A stretch of 64,000 bases of DNA, taken from positions 128,880-192,879 of the forward strand of contig MFEQ01000006.1 of NCBI GenBank assembly GCA_001777665.1, read 5' to 3'. This stretch comes from Candidatus Doudnabacteria bacterium RIFCSPHIGHO2_02_FULL_42_25 (GTDB lineage Bacteria; Patescibacteriota; Doudnabacteria; UBA920; O2-02-FULL-48-8). How positions within the stretch are numbered: position 1 is the stretch's first letter; each line of letters opens with the position of its first letter. Made by a program: the position numbers and the translations under genes. Below the pieces are notes generated by a model. The model ran no database searches, was not told the DNA's origin, and saw only the letters and a program-made list of their open reading frames with translations. Below are positions 8,386-17,147 of this stretch, in pieces.

Positions 8386-9486
8386 CTATTTTATCTTCCT
8401 CACAATCCCCTTATTTGCATCAACTTCAATAAAATCTCCATCTTTAAAAACTTTTGTAGCAATTTGTGTTCCAATTACACAAGGTTTCTTCATTTCACGA
8501 GCTGTAATCGCAGCATGAGATAAAATCCCACCTGCATCAGTTACAAATGCTGCCGCCTTATGCATGATCGGCAAAAACTCTGGTCTGGTCGCCCCTGTAA
8601 CCAGAATACTTCCTGGTTTAAAATCTTTAACTTTACTTGGATCTAATACAATTCTTACTTTTCCCGTAACTTTTCCCGGGAAGGCTATTGCCCCTTTAAG
8701 TTCTGATTTTTTCGAGGTTTGTTTTAGTAATCTTTCTATTTTAGAAATATCTGGACCAATTAGGAACTGAAACGAATCTTTTTCTCTTATTAAAACTGCT
8801 CCTGCGTCTCTTTTCTTCAGTTCGAGTTTGTTGGGTAATTTCCTTTTATTAAAATAATCATTTACTTCTTCTTTAATTAAACAAAGTAACAACTGATAAG
8901 AATACTTAGTTTCTTTACTCAGTAGTTTAACAAATCGAATCATAAAATCTTCTGTGCGGTTCAAAACTGGCTCAGCAGTTAGTCTGGCTTCTTGTAAACT
9001 TGGTAAATACTGTTTCAAGAGATCTGGATGCAAATAATCAACAACATACTTCACATTGATATGGGGATGATAGTATGCCAATACTCTTTTCCAAAATTCA
9101 TCATATAACGTTTTTGTAATTAGTCTGCCTTCGTATTGATCTATGAATTTCAAAATACCTTTAGCTTGAAATTTTAATTTATTCGCAATAACCTTAGCCT
9201 CCTTAGGATTCTTTACAATTCTTTGCGCTAGATAATTTCCCAATCGATCGCGATCAGATTGTCTCATCCATCCATTACTGCGCCCGTGAGATATAAAAAT
9301 GATTGATTGGGATTTGAATGGTTTTCCGCCAAACAAAAGTTCTTTGGTGTATTGTTGGATAAAATGCGTGCTCGTTAAAAAACTCCACCGACCATCGTAG
9401 ATTTTAGTCCAATCCTCGTGTTTAAACGATTTGATATTCATGCTACTAATTATGCCAGATAGCGCTATTATTGACAAAAGCGCCAA
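8386..9486 (-). CDS. Swivel-domain paralog B (short class)
   Basis: 366 aa. ...VTDAGGILSHAAITAREMKKPCVIGTQIATKVFKDGDFIEVDANKGIVRKIK. N-terminal region homologous to paralogs C and F. True start may be the internal ATG at 9441. Confidence 0.8.
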   Translation of the reverse strand: MALLSIIALSGIISSMNIKSFKHEDWTKIYDGRWSFLTSTHFIQQYTKELLFGGKPFKSQSIIFISHGRSNGWMRQSDRDRLGNYLAQRIVKNPKEAKVIANKLKFQAKGILKFIDQYEGRLITKTLYDEFWKRVLAYYHPHINVKYVVDYLHPDLLKQYLPSLQEARLTAEPVLNRTEDFMIRFVKLLSKETKYSYQLLLCLIKEEVNDYFNKRKLPNKLELKKRDAGAVLIREKDSFQFLIGPDISKIERLLKQTSKKSELKGAIAFPGKVTGKVRIVLDPSKVKDFKPGSILVTGATRPEFLPIMHKAAAFVTDAGGILSHAAITAREMKKPCVIGTQIATKVFKDGDFIEVDANKGIVRKIK

Positions 9487-9499
9487 ATTGTGCTATTAT
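9471..9499 (+). promoter_or_regulatory. sigma70-type promoter of GC-rich cassette 2
   Basis: TTGACA(9471-9476), 17 bp, TATTAT(9494-9499). Same tattgacaaaag context as cassette 1. ~120 nt leader. Confidence 0.6.
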
Positions 9500-9618
9500 G
9501 GATAGTTTATAATAGTTCTTTTTAAGGTATGAGTCTGTGTTTGGCTTTAATTTTTTAAAACTAGTCTCGGGCTCATACCAATAACTCACCTAACAGTTCA
9601 ACCTCGAATCAGGAGACG

Positions 9619-10233
9619 ATGATGAGAACAGTGACGTTTTATTGTATGCGGCATGGCCACCGACTCAAGGGTGGCGACGAACTCAGTAAACTGGGCTACA
9701 AGCAGGTCGAGGCATCGGCGAAGGAGCACCTCAGCGGCATCAACTTCGTCGCTACCTTCAGCAGTGGGATGCATCGAGCAAACCAAAGCGCGGCCCTGAT
9801 CCTCGGAGCGCTAGGAATTACTGAGCTGTATGTGCAGCGCGAAGAAGGTTTCAGCTTTGAATGGTTCTGGTCTGATCCTAACATGCCGAAGGTCGAGATG
9901 CTGAACTACGCGACGATCGGCGAGTACTTCGACAACATGTTTCCGCTGGCGTTTGCGACCAGAGGTCGCGTGATGCAGACGCTGTTGCATCTGGCGTCCA
10001 GCATCGTGGCCTGGTCCGGTGCCGACCGTGAAGGTCCTCTCAATGTTCTCGTCGTTTCCCATTCCCCGACGATCGACACGGCAGTACCGGAGCCGAAGGG
10101 CTTCCCGCGACTGAAGGAAGCAGACATCTGCGTCTATAACGTCTCCGTCGACGACCAGGGTCACTCAACCATCGAAAGCGCTCGCTACCTCTCGGCGCCG
10201 AAAGTCGAAGAGAACGATACAGCGAAGGTCTAG
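9619..10233 (+). CDS. GC-rich histidine-phosphatase (PGAM/SixA-like) family protein
   Basis: 204 aa. FYCMRHGHRLKGG (RHG catalytic motif), SSGMHRANQSAALI (second Arg region), VLVVSHSPTID (C-terminal His). GC-rich. Confidence 0.7.
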   Translation: MMRTVTFYCMRHGHRLKGGDELSKLGYKQVEASAKEHLSGINFVATFSSGMHRANQSAALILGALGITELYVQREEGFSFEWFWSDPNMPKVEMLNYATIGEYFDNMFPLAFATRGRVMQTLLHLASSIVAWSGADREGPLNVLVVSHSPTIDTAVPEPKGFPRLKEADICVYNVSVDDQGHSTIESARYLSAPKVEENDTAKV

Positions 10234-10270
10234 TCGAACGTGAGTCACACTCAAGGAGGGTGTGCGAATC

Positions 10271-10326
10271 AAAAAGGCGATCGGCCGAATTCCATTGTGG
10301 AATTCCCGCTCGCCTTTTGCTTTTGT
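10271..10326. terminator. Bidirectional terminator after cassette 2 / paralog C
   Basis: aaaaaggcga...(gaattccattgtggaattc)...tcgccttttgcttttg. Confidence 0.55.
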
Positions 10327-11364
10327 CTAAATTTTTCTAACTGTGCCCTTATTCGCATCTACTTCTACCGAATCTCCGTCTTTTAGAACTCTAGTAGCAT
10401 ACTTAGTTCCTACTATACATGGTTTCTTCAACTCACGGGCAGAAATTGCAGCATGTGAAAGCATACCTCCCGCATCTGTTACAAAAGCGGCAGCTTTTCT
10501 CATTAGCGGCAAAAATTCTGGCCTCGTCATTCCGGTGACTAAAATATCTCCTTTTTTAAACCCTTTTGATTCTTTAGGATCAAGTATAACTAAAGCCTTA
10601 CCCTTTACTAATCCTGGAAATGCTGGTTGACCCTTTATCTCCTCTCCTGTTTTTTCTATGCTTTTTTCAAATTTATCTGAATCTCTGCCCACTTTAAGCT
10701 GAACTAATCCATTCCTGTAAATAATAGCGCACGACTTATATCTACTCGCCAATTCCTTTTTTGCTGGAAGGTTCCCAGTTTTCCAGTACTGATCAATCTC
10801 CTCACGCGTGACATATAAAACATGTTCTTTCTTGTAGCGAGTCTTTGTTGCGATTTGCTTTGCCATTAATTCCATGAATTTTTCTGTTTCGGCAAAAACA
10901 GGTTCTGCATATAACCGCGCCTTTTGAAGCTGCGGCAAGAATTCTTTATACTTAGCGGGAGGCAAACTATCAACAACCACCTTCACTACACGATGTGGGA
11001 CGCAGTACTCATAAAGATATTTAACAAATTTATTATAGTCTTCAGCATCTATAGTTTTCTTTCTTGAAGTGACATTGATAAAATTTAGAATCTGATCGGT
11101 TTTAGCAATTAAATCCTGGGTCCAATGCAGTAGTTGTCGTTTATTCGTTACAATTTTATCAGCCAAATACTGACTGAATTTTTTATAGTTACCCGCGTTG
11201 AGATAACAAGTACTGTAACCAGAATGAGAAATGAATATCGCTCTATCAAAACCATACCCCAAAGACTTTTTGAGTAGTTTAGTATATTGATAACCGAGAT
11301 GGGAGTTATTAAGTAATTTCCAATGCCCAGCCCAATGTTTTATCCATTCTTCTCGATTACTCAT
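10327..11364 (-). CDS. Swivel-domain paralog C (short class)
   Basis: 345 aa. ...VTDAGGMLSHAAISARELKKPCIVGTKYATRVLKDGDSVEVDANKGTVRKI. N-terminus aligns with B along its length. Confidence 0.8.
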   Translation of the reverse strand: MSNREEWIKHWAGHWKLLNNSHLGYQYTKLLKKSLGYGFDRAIFISHSGYSTCYLNAGNYKKFSQYLADKIVTNKRQLLHWTQDLIAKTDQILNFINVTSRKKTIDAEDYNKFVKYLYEYCVPHRVVKVVVDSLPPAKYKEFLPQLQKARLYAEPVFAETEKFMELMAKQIATKTRYKKEHVLYVTREEIDQYWKTGNLPAKKELASRYKSCAIIYRNGLVQLKVGRDSDKFEKSIEKTGEEIKGQPAFPGLVKGKALVILDPKESKGFKKGDILVTGMTRPEFLPLMRKAAAFVTDAGGMLSHAAISARELKKPCIVGTKYATRVLKDGDSVEVDANKGTVRKI

Positions 11365-11367
11365 TTT

Positions 11368-12246
11368 TTATGTCAGGTCTAATGCTTCTTTATCTTTAAT
11401 TATTTCATCAATCAATTCCGGAGTTAGCTCCCACTGTTGATCTTTATATTTCAAGACTATATCAGTGCCTGTTTCATCCCCAACCAAATCAAGACTAAAC
11501 CCTTCGCTGAATCCAAACCCATTTTTATCTGGTAAGGACTCTATAAATTTCATAACATCGTCTCGCCCCTTTGTCTTTTCGATGACTTTCATTAAAAAAC
11601 TTTCAGTGACCGTAGCATGAGAACCCAAAAATCGTTGTAATTCATTTTGAAATTTAAGATATTTATCTGGATTGTCAGCAACTAACCGCTGAAAGTTAGG
11701 TAAAATTTCTAAATATCTCCTTACTATCTCTGCAATTCCTGCCGCTTGTCTGCTATAACTGGTGGAGGAATGATCTTTAAGTTTTCGAACAAGATCGTCG
11801 CTTTCTTCTACAGCAAATAATAAATAATCTTTTTTATTTACATAATGATCCATAGCTGCATCTTTAAATTCACCCTCCCAAACAAAATTCAATCTTTCGT
11901 CTACCATGTCCTTTCTTCCAACTTTCACCGATCCGGCCACCAACTCTTTGATGTCTTCAAGAGTTGTATCTTCTCCGATTTCGGGTTGGTCAGCCAACAT
12001 CTGGCGCATCGCGGTTTCCACAGAACGTTCACGGGAGGATCCGAATGCCACAGCCACTTCAGGATTGGGATTTTTTTCTTTGCCTACTTCGGATGCATGT
12101 TTTCTTCCTTTTTCTGTTAAACGCACTGTGGTATCGGGTTGCCCTTCTGCAGCCTTAGCTTTATCATCATGCCTAAAAAATTCCAAATGAATCGAAGCTT
12201 TGGGTAATGACTCTCGACTTTCACGACCTAAATCTCTTGTTTCCAT
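11368..12246 (-). CDS. AT-rich, in-line histidine-phosphatase-like protein (divergent)
   Basis: 292 aa. EFFRHDDKAKAAEG (RH. motif), VAFGSSRERSVETA (second Arg). Native codon usage, same strand as the array. Confidence 0.45.
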   Translation of the reverse strand: METRDLGRESRESLPKASIHLEFFRHDDKAKAAEGQPDTTVRLTEKGRKHASEVGKEKNPNPEVAVAFGSSRERSVETAMRQMLADQPEIGEDTTLEDIKELVAGSVKVGRKDMVDERLNFVWEGEFKDAAMDHYVNKKDYLLFAVEESDDLVRKLKDHSSTSYSRQAAGIAEIVRRYLEILPNFQRLVADNPDKYLKFQNELQRFLGSHATVTESFLMKVIEKTKGRDDVMKFIESLPDKNGFGFSEGFSLDLVGDETGTDIVLKYKDQQWELTPELIDEIIKDKEALDLT

Positions 12247-12259
12247 ATATTTTTATTAA

Positions 12260-13744
12260 TTATCTTAATTTTCGCACAATTCCATTGTTCGCGTCCACCT
12301 CCACCATATCGCCATCTTTAAAAACTCGAGTTGCCACTTTAGTTCCTATAATGCAGGGAATTTTTAGTTCCCTTGAAATAATTGCAGCATGTGAGGTAAT
12401 TCCACCTTCATCGGTAACAATAGCCGAGGCCTTATTCATGGCGGAAATCATTTCTGGTCTAGTCATAGAAGCTATAATTATGTTTCCCTTTTTCATCTTT
12501 TTCATATCTTGAAAAGTAAGAATGACCTTTACTGTCCCTTTTGCGATACCAGTTGAAGCCACCATCCCGGAAATCTTTTCTAATGAATTCGAAGTTTTGG
12601 GATAAATTAACTTCTTTAATTTTTTAGCATCTGGTCCTTCATAAACAAAAATACCTGAACCACGAGTAGCCACTACTGCACTTGCTTGTTTGCGCTTTTT
12701 AATCAAAACTTTCAATTTTACTTTATCGAGAGATATTAATTGAGGTAATTCATCAATATAGGTATATTTCATCTCCTCAAAAGAAATTTTTAAACGAGAT
12801 GAATATTCTTTCATAAATAAACCGATTATATTGTTAGACATCATTGAGTACTTTTTTCTTTCGTCCTGCATATAAGCAAACGCTTCTACCACTCTTATTA
12901 AAGTCTTTGACCAGCTATCTAGCTTGAGCTTTTTAATTAGGTCTTTTTTCTTTGTACCACTCTTTCTAAGTTGATATTGAGTATTTTCAATTGCCACCTT
13001 AGCCTTTTGAAGAGTTAATTTATTCAGTTGTTGACCAAAGTAAGTCGCATCCAACCAAGGAATATATGCATAATTACTATGAATCCAAAAATATTTCTTA
13101 GAATGCTCTTTGAGTAGTGATTGTTTGAGTTTTGGGTCTGTTTTTTTTAATTTTATTTTTGCTAAGTCAAGGGCTTCTGCTTTAACAAAAGATAAGTTCA
13201 CCGGCTGGATAAGAATAGTATAAAGCTCTATAAAACGATTTTTGTAGCCAAGCGAAGAAATTACTTTATCAAAATGAGGAACCAAAAATTCCTCGGTTGT
13301 CATCGTAAATGGGTCCTGGATGGCTATTCCATAACTAAATTCTTCTCCGTAAGCATCATCAAATTTTTTGTAAAATTCAAATAATTCTTGATTTGAAAGC
13401 TTTTTTAAATCTATACGAATTACCCTCGCAATAACCCTATCTAAGATTATTACTTTCTCTTCCCAAATATCGACTAATTTGTCTAAATATTTAGGATTTG
13501 CCTTCAACTTTCTTATAAACAAATCTCTTATTCTAACCGAATCCTCATAACACCAACTCCATTCTCCATGTTCCTTACTATCAAAAAAATCCATAATTAC
13601 ATTATGGGAAGTACCAAAAAACTTACGAAACTCGAAAGCCGCTCTATGCACTGGATAGTGGAAATGTAAAACACCGTGATAACCTTTTCTAAACCAGTTT
13701 AGTTTGTTTAACCCATATTTCTTAACTAATTGTGCCGGCTTCAT
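12260..13744 (-). CDS. Swivel-domain paralog D (long class)
   Basis: 494 aa. ...VTDEGGITSHAAIISRELKIPCIIGTKVATRVFKDGDMVEVDANNGIVRKLR. Overlaps E by 4 nt. Confidence 0.8.
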   Translation of the reverse strand: MKPAQLVKKYGLNKLNWFRKGYHGVLHFHYPVHRAAFEFRKFFGTSHNVIMDFFDSKEHGEWSWCYEDSVRIRDLFIRKLKANPKYLDKLVDIWEEKVIILDRVIARVIRIDLKKLSNQELFEFYKKFDDAYGEEFSYGIAIQDPFTMTTEEFLVPHFDKVISSLGYKNRFIELYTILIQPVNLSFVKAEALDLAKIKLKKTDPKLKQSLLKEHSKKYFWIHSNYAYIPWLDATYFGQQLNKLTLQKAKVAIENTQYQLRKSGTKKKDLIKKLKLDSWSKTLIRVVEAFAYMQDERKKYSMMSNNIIGLFMKEYSSRLKISFEEMKYTYIDELPQLISLDKVKLKVLIKKRKQASAVVATRGSGIFVYEGPDAKKLKKLIYPKTSNSLEKISGMVASTGIAKGTVKVILTFQDMKKMKKGNIIIASMTRPEMISAMNKASAIVTDEGGITSHAAIISRELKIPCIIGTKVATRVFKDGDMVEVDANNGIVRKLR

Positions 13745-15138
13745 TTAATTTTCCTTACCATTCCTTTACTTGTATCTACTTCGATCCTGTCACCATTTTT
13801 AAAAATTGTGGTAGCAATTTTGGTTCCAACTATACATGGCACGCCTAGCTCTCTGGAAACTACCGCGGCATGGGACATTAATCCGCCAACGTCAGTAACA
13901 ATCGCTTTGGCTTTACGCATGAGTACAATATAATCCGGTTCAGTCATGGTAGTAATAAGAACTTCACCAGCTTTCATTTTTTCAGGATTACGAGCTGATA
14001 ACATAATTCTGGCCCGACCTATCACTAAAGGTCCTCGGCTGACGGTAATTCCTGTGACACTACCCTGATTCACGTTATTTCGAGTTTGATACTTTTTGGC
14101 GATTTTCGCTGCTGCTCTACCGGTCAGAATCTTGTATTCTTTATTCTTCATCGAGATAACACAAAGTTTTTTTCTCTGATTTATTTCATCATTAGAAAGT
14201 TTTTTTCCAGTGGTATCCAGATCCACCCATTCTTCAGCAGTGTAATATTGTAAATCATTAAGAGATATTCGATATTTTCGGCTAGTCAGCCGAAGCAAGT
14301 TATCAATCTTGTAAAGCGTTCGCCAAACTTCCGCCTTACGATCATCCTGCCACCAGATAGAAAAAGATAAAATCTCTGCCTGATTGATCACAGATTTAGG
14401 TAACTTAAATTTCTTAATAATGTCAGCTTTTCTTTTCTTAACACTCTTTATGTAATTTTCAATTTTTTGTATTTCGAATTTTAACCGTTTTTTATTCAGG
14501 CCTTTCAATCTCTGATAAAAGTCATTTCTAGTCAGTCTTCTGGTTTCGTAATAACTATTTTCAATCCATCCCCAGTTTTGACTATGTTTTTCTAATAATG
14601 TCGTCAGACTTTTTTTATTTCTGGCTCTTAGTCCAGCTTTAAATAATTCTAAATCTGATTCCTGATGGAAGCTCGGTCGATCCAAAGCTAAGAGCGCTTC
14701 CAATACTTCATCCAAATTGTTTTTCGGAACAAATTTACGGATTTGATTTCTTAGAAATACTGGAGCGCTATAATTGGCAGTTTCTGGGATTAATGCAATA
14801 TTCCAAAATTGTATGAATTTATCATAAAGTTCCTTAACAGATTCAGATTGGAACTGATTTAATTCTTTTTTTGCTTTCATATAAACTTTCCAAACTTGTC
14901 TTCTTATCTGTGCAGGTAACAGCCATCTTTTAATAATCTGCAATCCGTGACGTTCGACAGCTACTTTATCCCAACGATAAGTTAATCGATCATGATCTAA
15001 TATTCCAAAGGTCCCTGGCCAAAAAATATCATAAGAGTTCAATTTTCCTGCCCAAGGCAATATAAAAAAAGAATGATACAAAATCTTTGAATCAATCGGC
15101 CCCCACTGTTCCAGTTCTTTCGAAATTGCTCTACTCAT
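13741..15138 (-). CDS. Swivel-domain paralog E (long class)
   Basis: 465 aa. ...VTDVGGLMSHAAVVSRELGVPCIVGTKIATTIFKNGDRIEVDTSKGMVRKIK. Confidence 0.8.
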   Translation of the reverse strand: MSRAISKELEQWGPIDSKILYHSFFILPWAGKLNSYDIFWPGTFGILDHDRLTYRWDKVAVERHGLQIIKRWLLPAQIRRQVWKVYMKAKKELNQFQSESVKELYDKFIQFWNIALIPETANYSAPVFLRNQIRKFVPKNNLDEVLEALLALDRPSFHQESDLELFKAGLRARNKKSLTTLLEKHSQNWGWIENSYYETRRLTRNDFYQRLKGLNKKRLKFEIQKIENYIKSVKKRKADIIKKFKLPKSVINQAEILSFSIWWQDDRKAEVWRTLYKIDNLLRLTSRKYRISLNDLQYYTAEEWVDLDTTGKKLSNDEINQRKKLCVISMKNKEYKILTGRAAAKIAKKYQTRNNVNQGSVTGITVSRGPLVIGRARIMLSARNPEKMKAGEVLITTMTEPDYIVLMRKAKAIVTDVGGLMSHAAVVSRELGVPCIVGTKIATTIFKNGDRIEVDTSKGMVRKIK

Positions 15139-15141
15139 TAT

Positions 15142-16275
15142 TTATTTAATCTTTCTCACTATCCCCTTATTCGCATCTACTTCGACTCTGTCGCCGTCTT
15201 TTAAAAGCTTAGAAGCTAATTTGGTTCCAGTAATACAAGGTATTTTCAGCTCGCGGGAAACAATCGCTGCATGACACGTAATACCCCCTTCATCAGTAAT
15301 GACAGCTTTTGCTTTTTTCATTATCGGAACAAAAAAAGGATTGGTCATTACTGTGACTAAGATATTGCCAGGTTTGAAATTATTAATTTCTTCATTTTTC
15401 AAAATGATCGAAACTGTTCCTTTAATCGAAGCTGGCCCTCGAGATGAGACAGATCCTACAATTTGGTTATGGGTAGTGCCTTTTTCGGGCAAATATTCAA
15501 AACCTTTCTTTTTAAAGAAGGTTTCTCTGGAGACTCCGGTAAAAACTGCTTTGCCAAAAAATATATAACCTTTTAATCTTGAGTGAAGCTCTTTTCGATT
15601 AGGAGAGAATGTTTGATCCGTAAGCATTTTCTCCAATTCTTTGAATGTAATGAAAGCAGAATACTTTGTCGATAAATTTCTCTTTTGCAAAAGCTCATGT
15701 CCTATACTCCGCCAATATTCAACAAGCTCCTCAATGACTCCTTCAGAGACATGTCTTGCATGTATCAATCTTTTCAAAATTTCTTTGGCTTGTTTTGGAT
15801 ATTTCTTATGAATTTCTGGAGCCCATTGATCTTGGGGTAGTAAATAACTCGCAGTATACCACGGATACATTTCTGCGACATAAATTTTTAATTTTTTGAA
15901 CCTTCCATGATCTTTAAAATTTTTATCCTTGTTCGCATTTTGAAGTAACTTTCTAATTTGTTTCGTAAGAAAGATATATCTTTTAATTCTTTGCTCGCTT
16001 AGCACACTAAGTTTGGAGTTAGCCACAGCTTTTATAAACGCTTTGGACTCTTTCGTCAATCGATAAGTTTCTAGCAATCGTCCATTGTAAACCGAAAGTT
16101 GATTTGGAACACCAGTGCCAAAAACTTCAATAAGCCTAGGATTCATATGGACTGACCACCATTCTGCCCACGCTAGTGTAAAATCACGCGTCCAAGCTAA
16201 TTTAATTTCCTTTTTCATGGTTTTATTATGACAAATAACCCCACCTATTGACAAATTGGCTAAAATGGTGTACAA
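15142..16275 (-). CDS. Swivel-domain paralog F (short class)
   Basis: 377 aa. ...ITDEGGITCHAAIVSRELKIPCITGTKLASKLLKDGDRVEVDANKGIVRKIK. By homology to B/C, the start is probably MKKEIKLAW at 16218. Confidence 0.8.
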   Translation of the reverse strand: MYTILANLSIGGVICHNKTMKKEIKLAWTRDFTLAWAEWWSVHMNPRLIEVFGTGVPNQLSVYNGRLLETYRLTKESKAFIKAVANSKLSVLSEQRIKRYIFLTKQIRKLLQNANKDKNFKDHGRFKKLKIYVAEMYPWYTASYLLPQDQWAPEIHKKYPKQAKEILKRLIHARHVSEGVIEELVEYWRSIGHELLQKRNLSTKYSAFITFKELEKMLTDQTFSPNRKELHSRLKGYIFFGKAVFTGVSRETFFKKKGFEYLPEKGTTHNQIVGSVSSRGPASIKGTVSIILKNEEINNFKPGNILVTVMTNPFFVPIMKKAKAVITDEGGITCHAAIVSRELKIPCITGTKLASKLLKDGDRVEVDANKGIVRKIK

Positions 16276-16276
16276 T
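16248..16276 (+). promoter_or_regulatory. sigma70-type promoter of GC-rich cassette 3
   Basis: TTGACA(16248-16253), 17 bp, TACAAT(16271-16276). ~175 nt leader to ATG 16454. Confidence 0.55.
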
Positions 16277-16453
16277 TGATCGTTATAATTAAGTATTTAT
16301 AAATGCCGCAAGGCGTGAATAAATCGATTGTAACTTGTGTACCTTACAATCTAATGGTATGGGTTTATGCCTCAAGTTCTCAAGAGGACTTTGGACACGA
16401 ACCCATACCAAGATCTCAACTACTCACGTTCCACTTTCGTTCTGGAGAGCGAC

Positions 16454-17047
16454 ATGAAAACTCTGACCTATCGGCGCCATTCTTTGAAGGATGGCCACTA
16501 CATCAGCAAGGCTGGCATCGAACTGGCTCGGGATGAAGCTGAGGTGTACGAGAGCAGGCCGGACGCCGTGGAATTCAGCTGCGTTTTCCACGGACCATTC
16601 GTTCGTACTGCTCAGACCGCCCTCGCCTTCTGCTGCGCACTGACAGTGACGCCGCCGGACGCAATGCCGATCATCGAAGAAATCGGCAACGACGCGATCG
16701 TCGCTCTCATCGTCAACGATGCATTCAAGGCTGCGGTCGCCAAGGGCGAGTCCAACTATCAGGCGACCGTCTCGTCCCACAGTGCAACGGAGCTCAGCGA
16801 CCTCTCACGGACGGCGATGGCAGCGGTGACCAAGATGTTCGATGCGATGAAAGACAAGAACGACGTCGGAATCGCGTTTGGTCACAGCCCGATCATCGAG
16901 CTGGCTGTATGCAACATGTCCGGCCTGCCCGACGGCTGGAATGAGCTCAATGAGATGGATGGGCTGGTCCTCGAACAGGATGACGCCGGTCAGATTCGCG
17001 TCGTGGAGCTCATCCGCGCGAACCGCGAGCAGCCGGCGACGGCGTAG
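16454..17047 (+). CDS. GC-rich histidine-phosphatase (PGAM/SixA-like) family protein
   Basis: MKTLTYRRHSLKDGHY (RHS), HGPFVRTAQTALAF, IAFGHSPIIEL. Start moved from track ORF 16367 to the ATG at 16454, which has a ggagag SD; the GC shift begins here. Confidence 0.65.
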   Translation: MKTLTYRRHSLKDGHYISKAGIELARDEAEVYESRPDAVEFSCVFHGPFVRTAQTALAFCCALTVTPPDAMPIIEEIGNDAIVALIVNDAFKAAVAKGESNYQATVSSHSATELSDLSRTAMAAVTKMFDAMKDKNDVGIAFGHSPIIELAVCNMSGLPDGWNELNEMDGLVLEQDDAGQIRVVELIRANREQPATA

Positions 17048-17078
17048 TAGAGATCACCCCCGTAAGGGGCACAACCGC

Positions 17079-17127
17079 AAAAGGCGGGCATTTCCAGGTC
17101 AATATGACTGGACTGCCCGCCTTTTTT
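17079..17127. terminator. Bidirectional terminator after cassette 3 / paralog G
   Basis: aaaaggcgggca...tgcccgcctttttt. Confidence 0.6.
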
Positions 17128-17147
17128 CATTGTTATGTTTTTATCGT

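Noticed and set aside
8564-8770. Plus-strand ORFs antisense to the swivel-domain coding regions (8564-8770, 10343-10630, 12207-12512, 13730-13933, 15299-15568, 17274-17498), which look similar to each other (…GKNSGLV.PVT.I.P…)
   Set aside because: They are the antisense read-through of the conserved phosphohistidine-domain nucleotide sequence. Their mutual similarity is a by-product of the paralogy on the opposite strand. No start context; they sit fully inside strong minus-strand genes.
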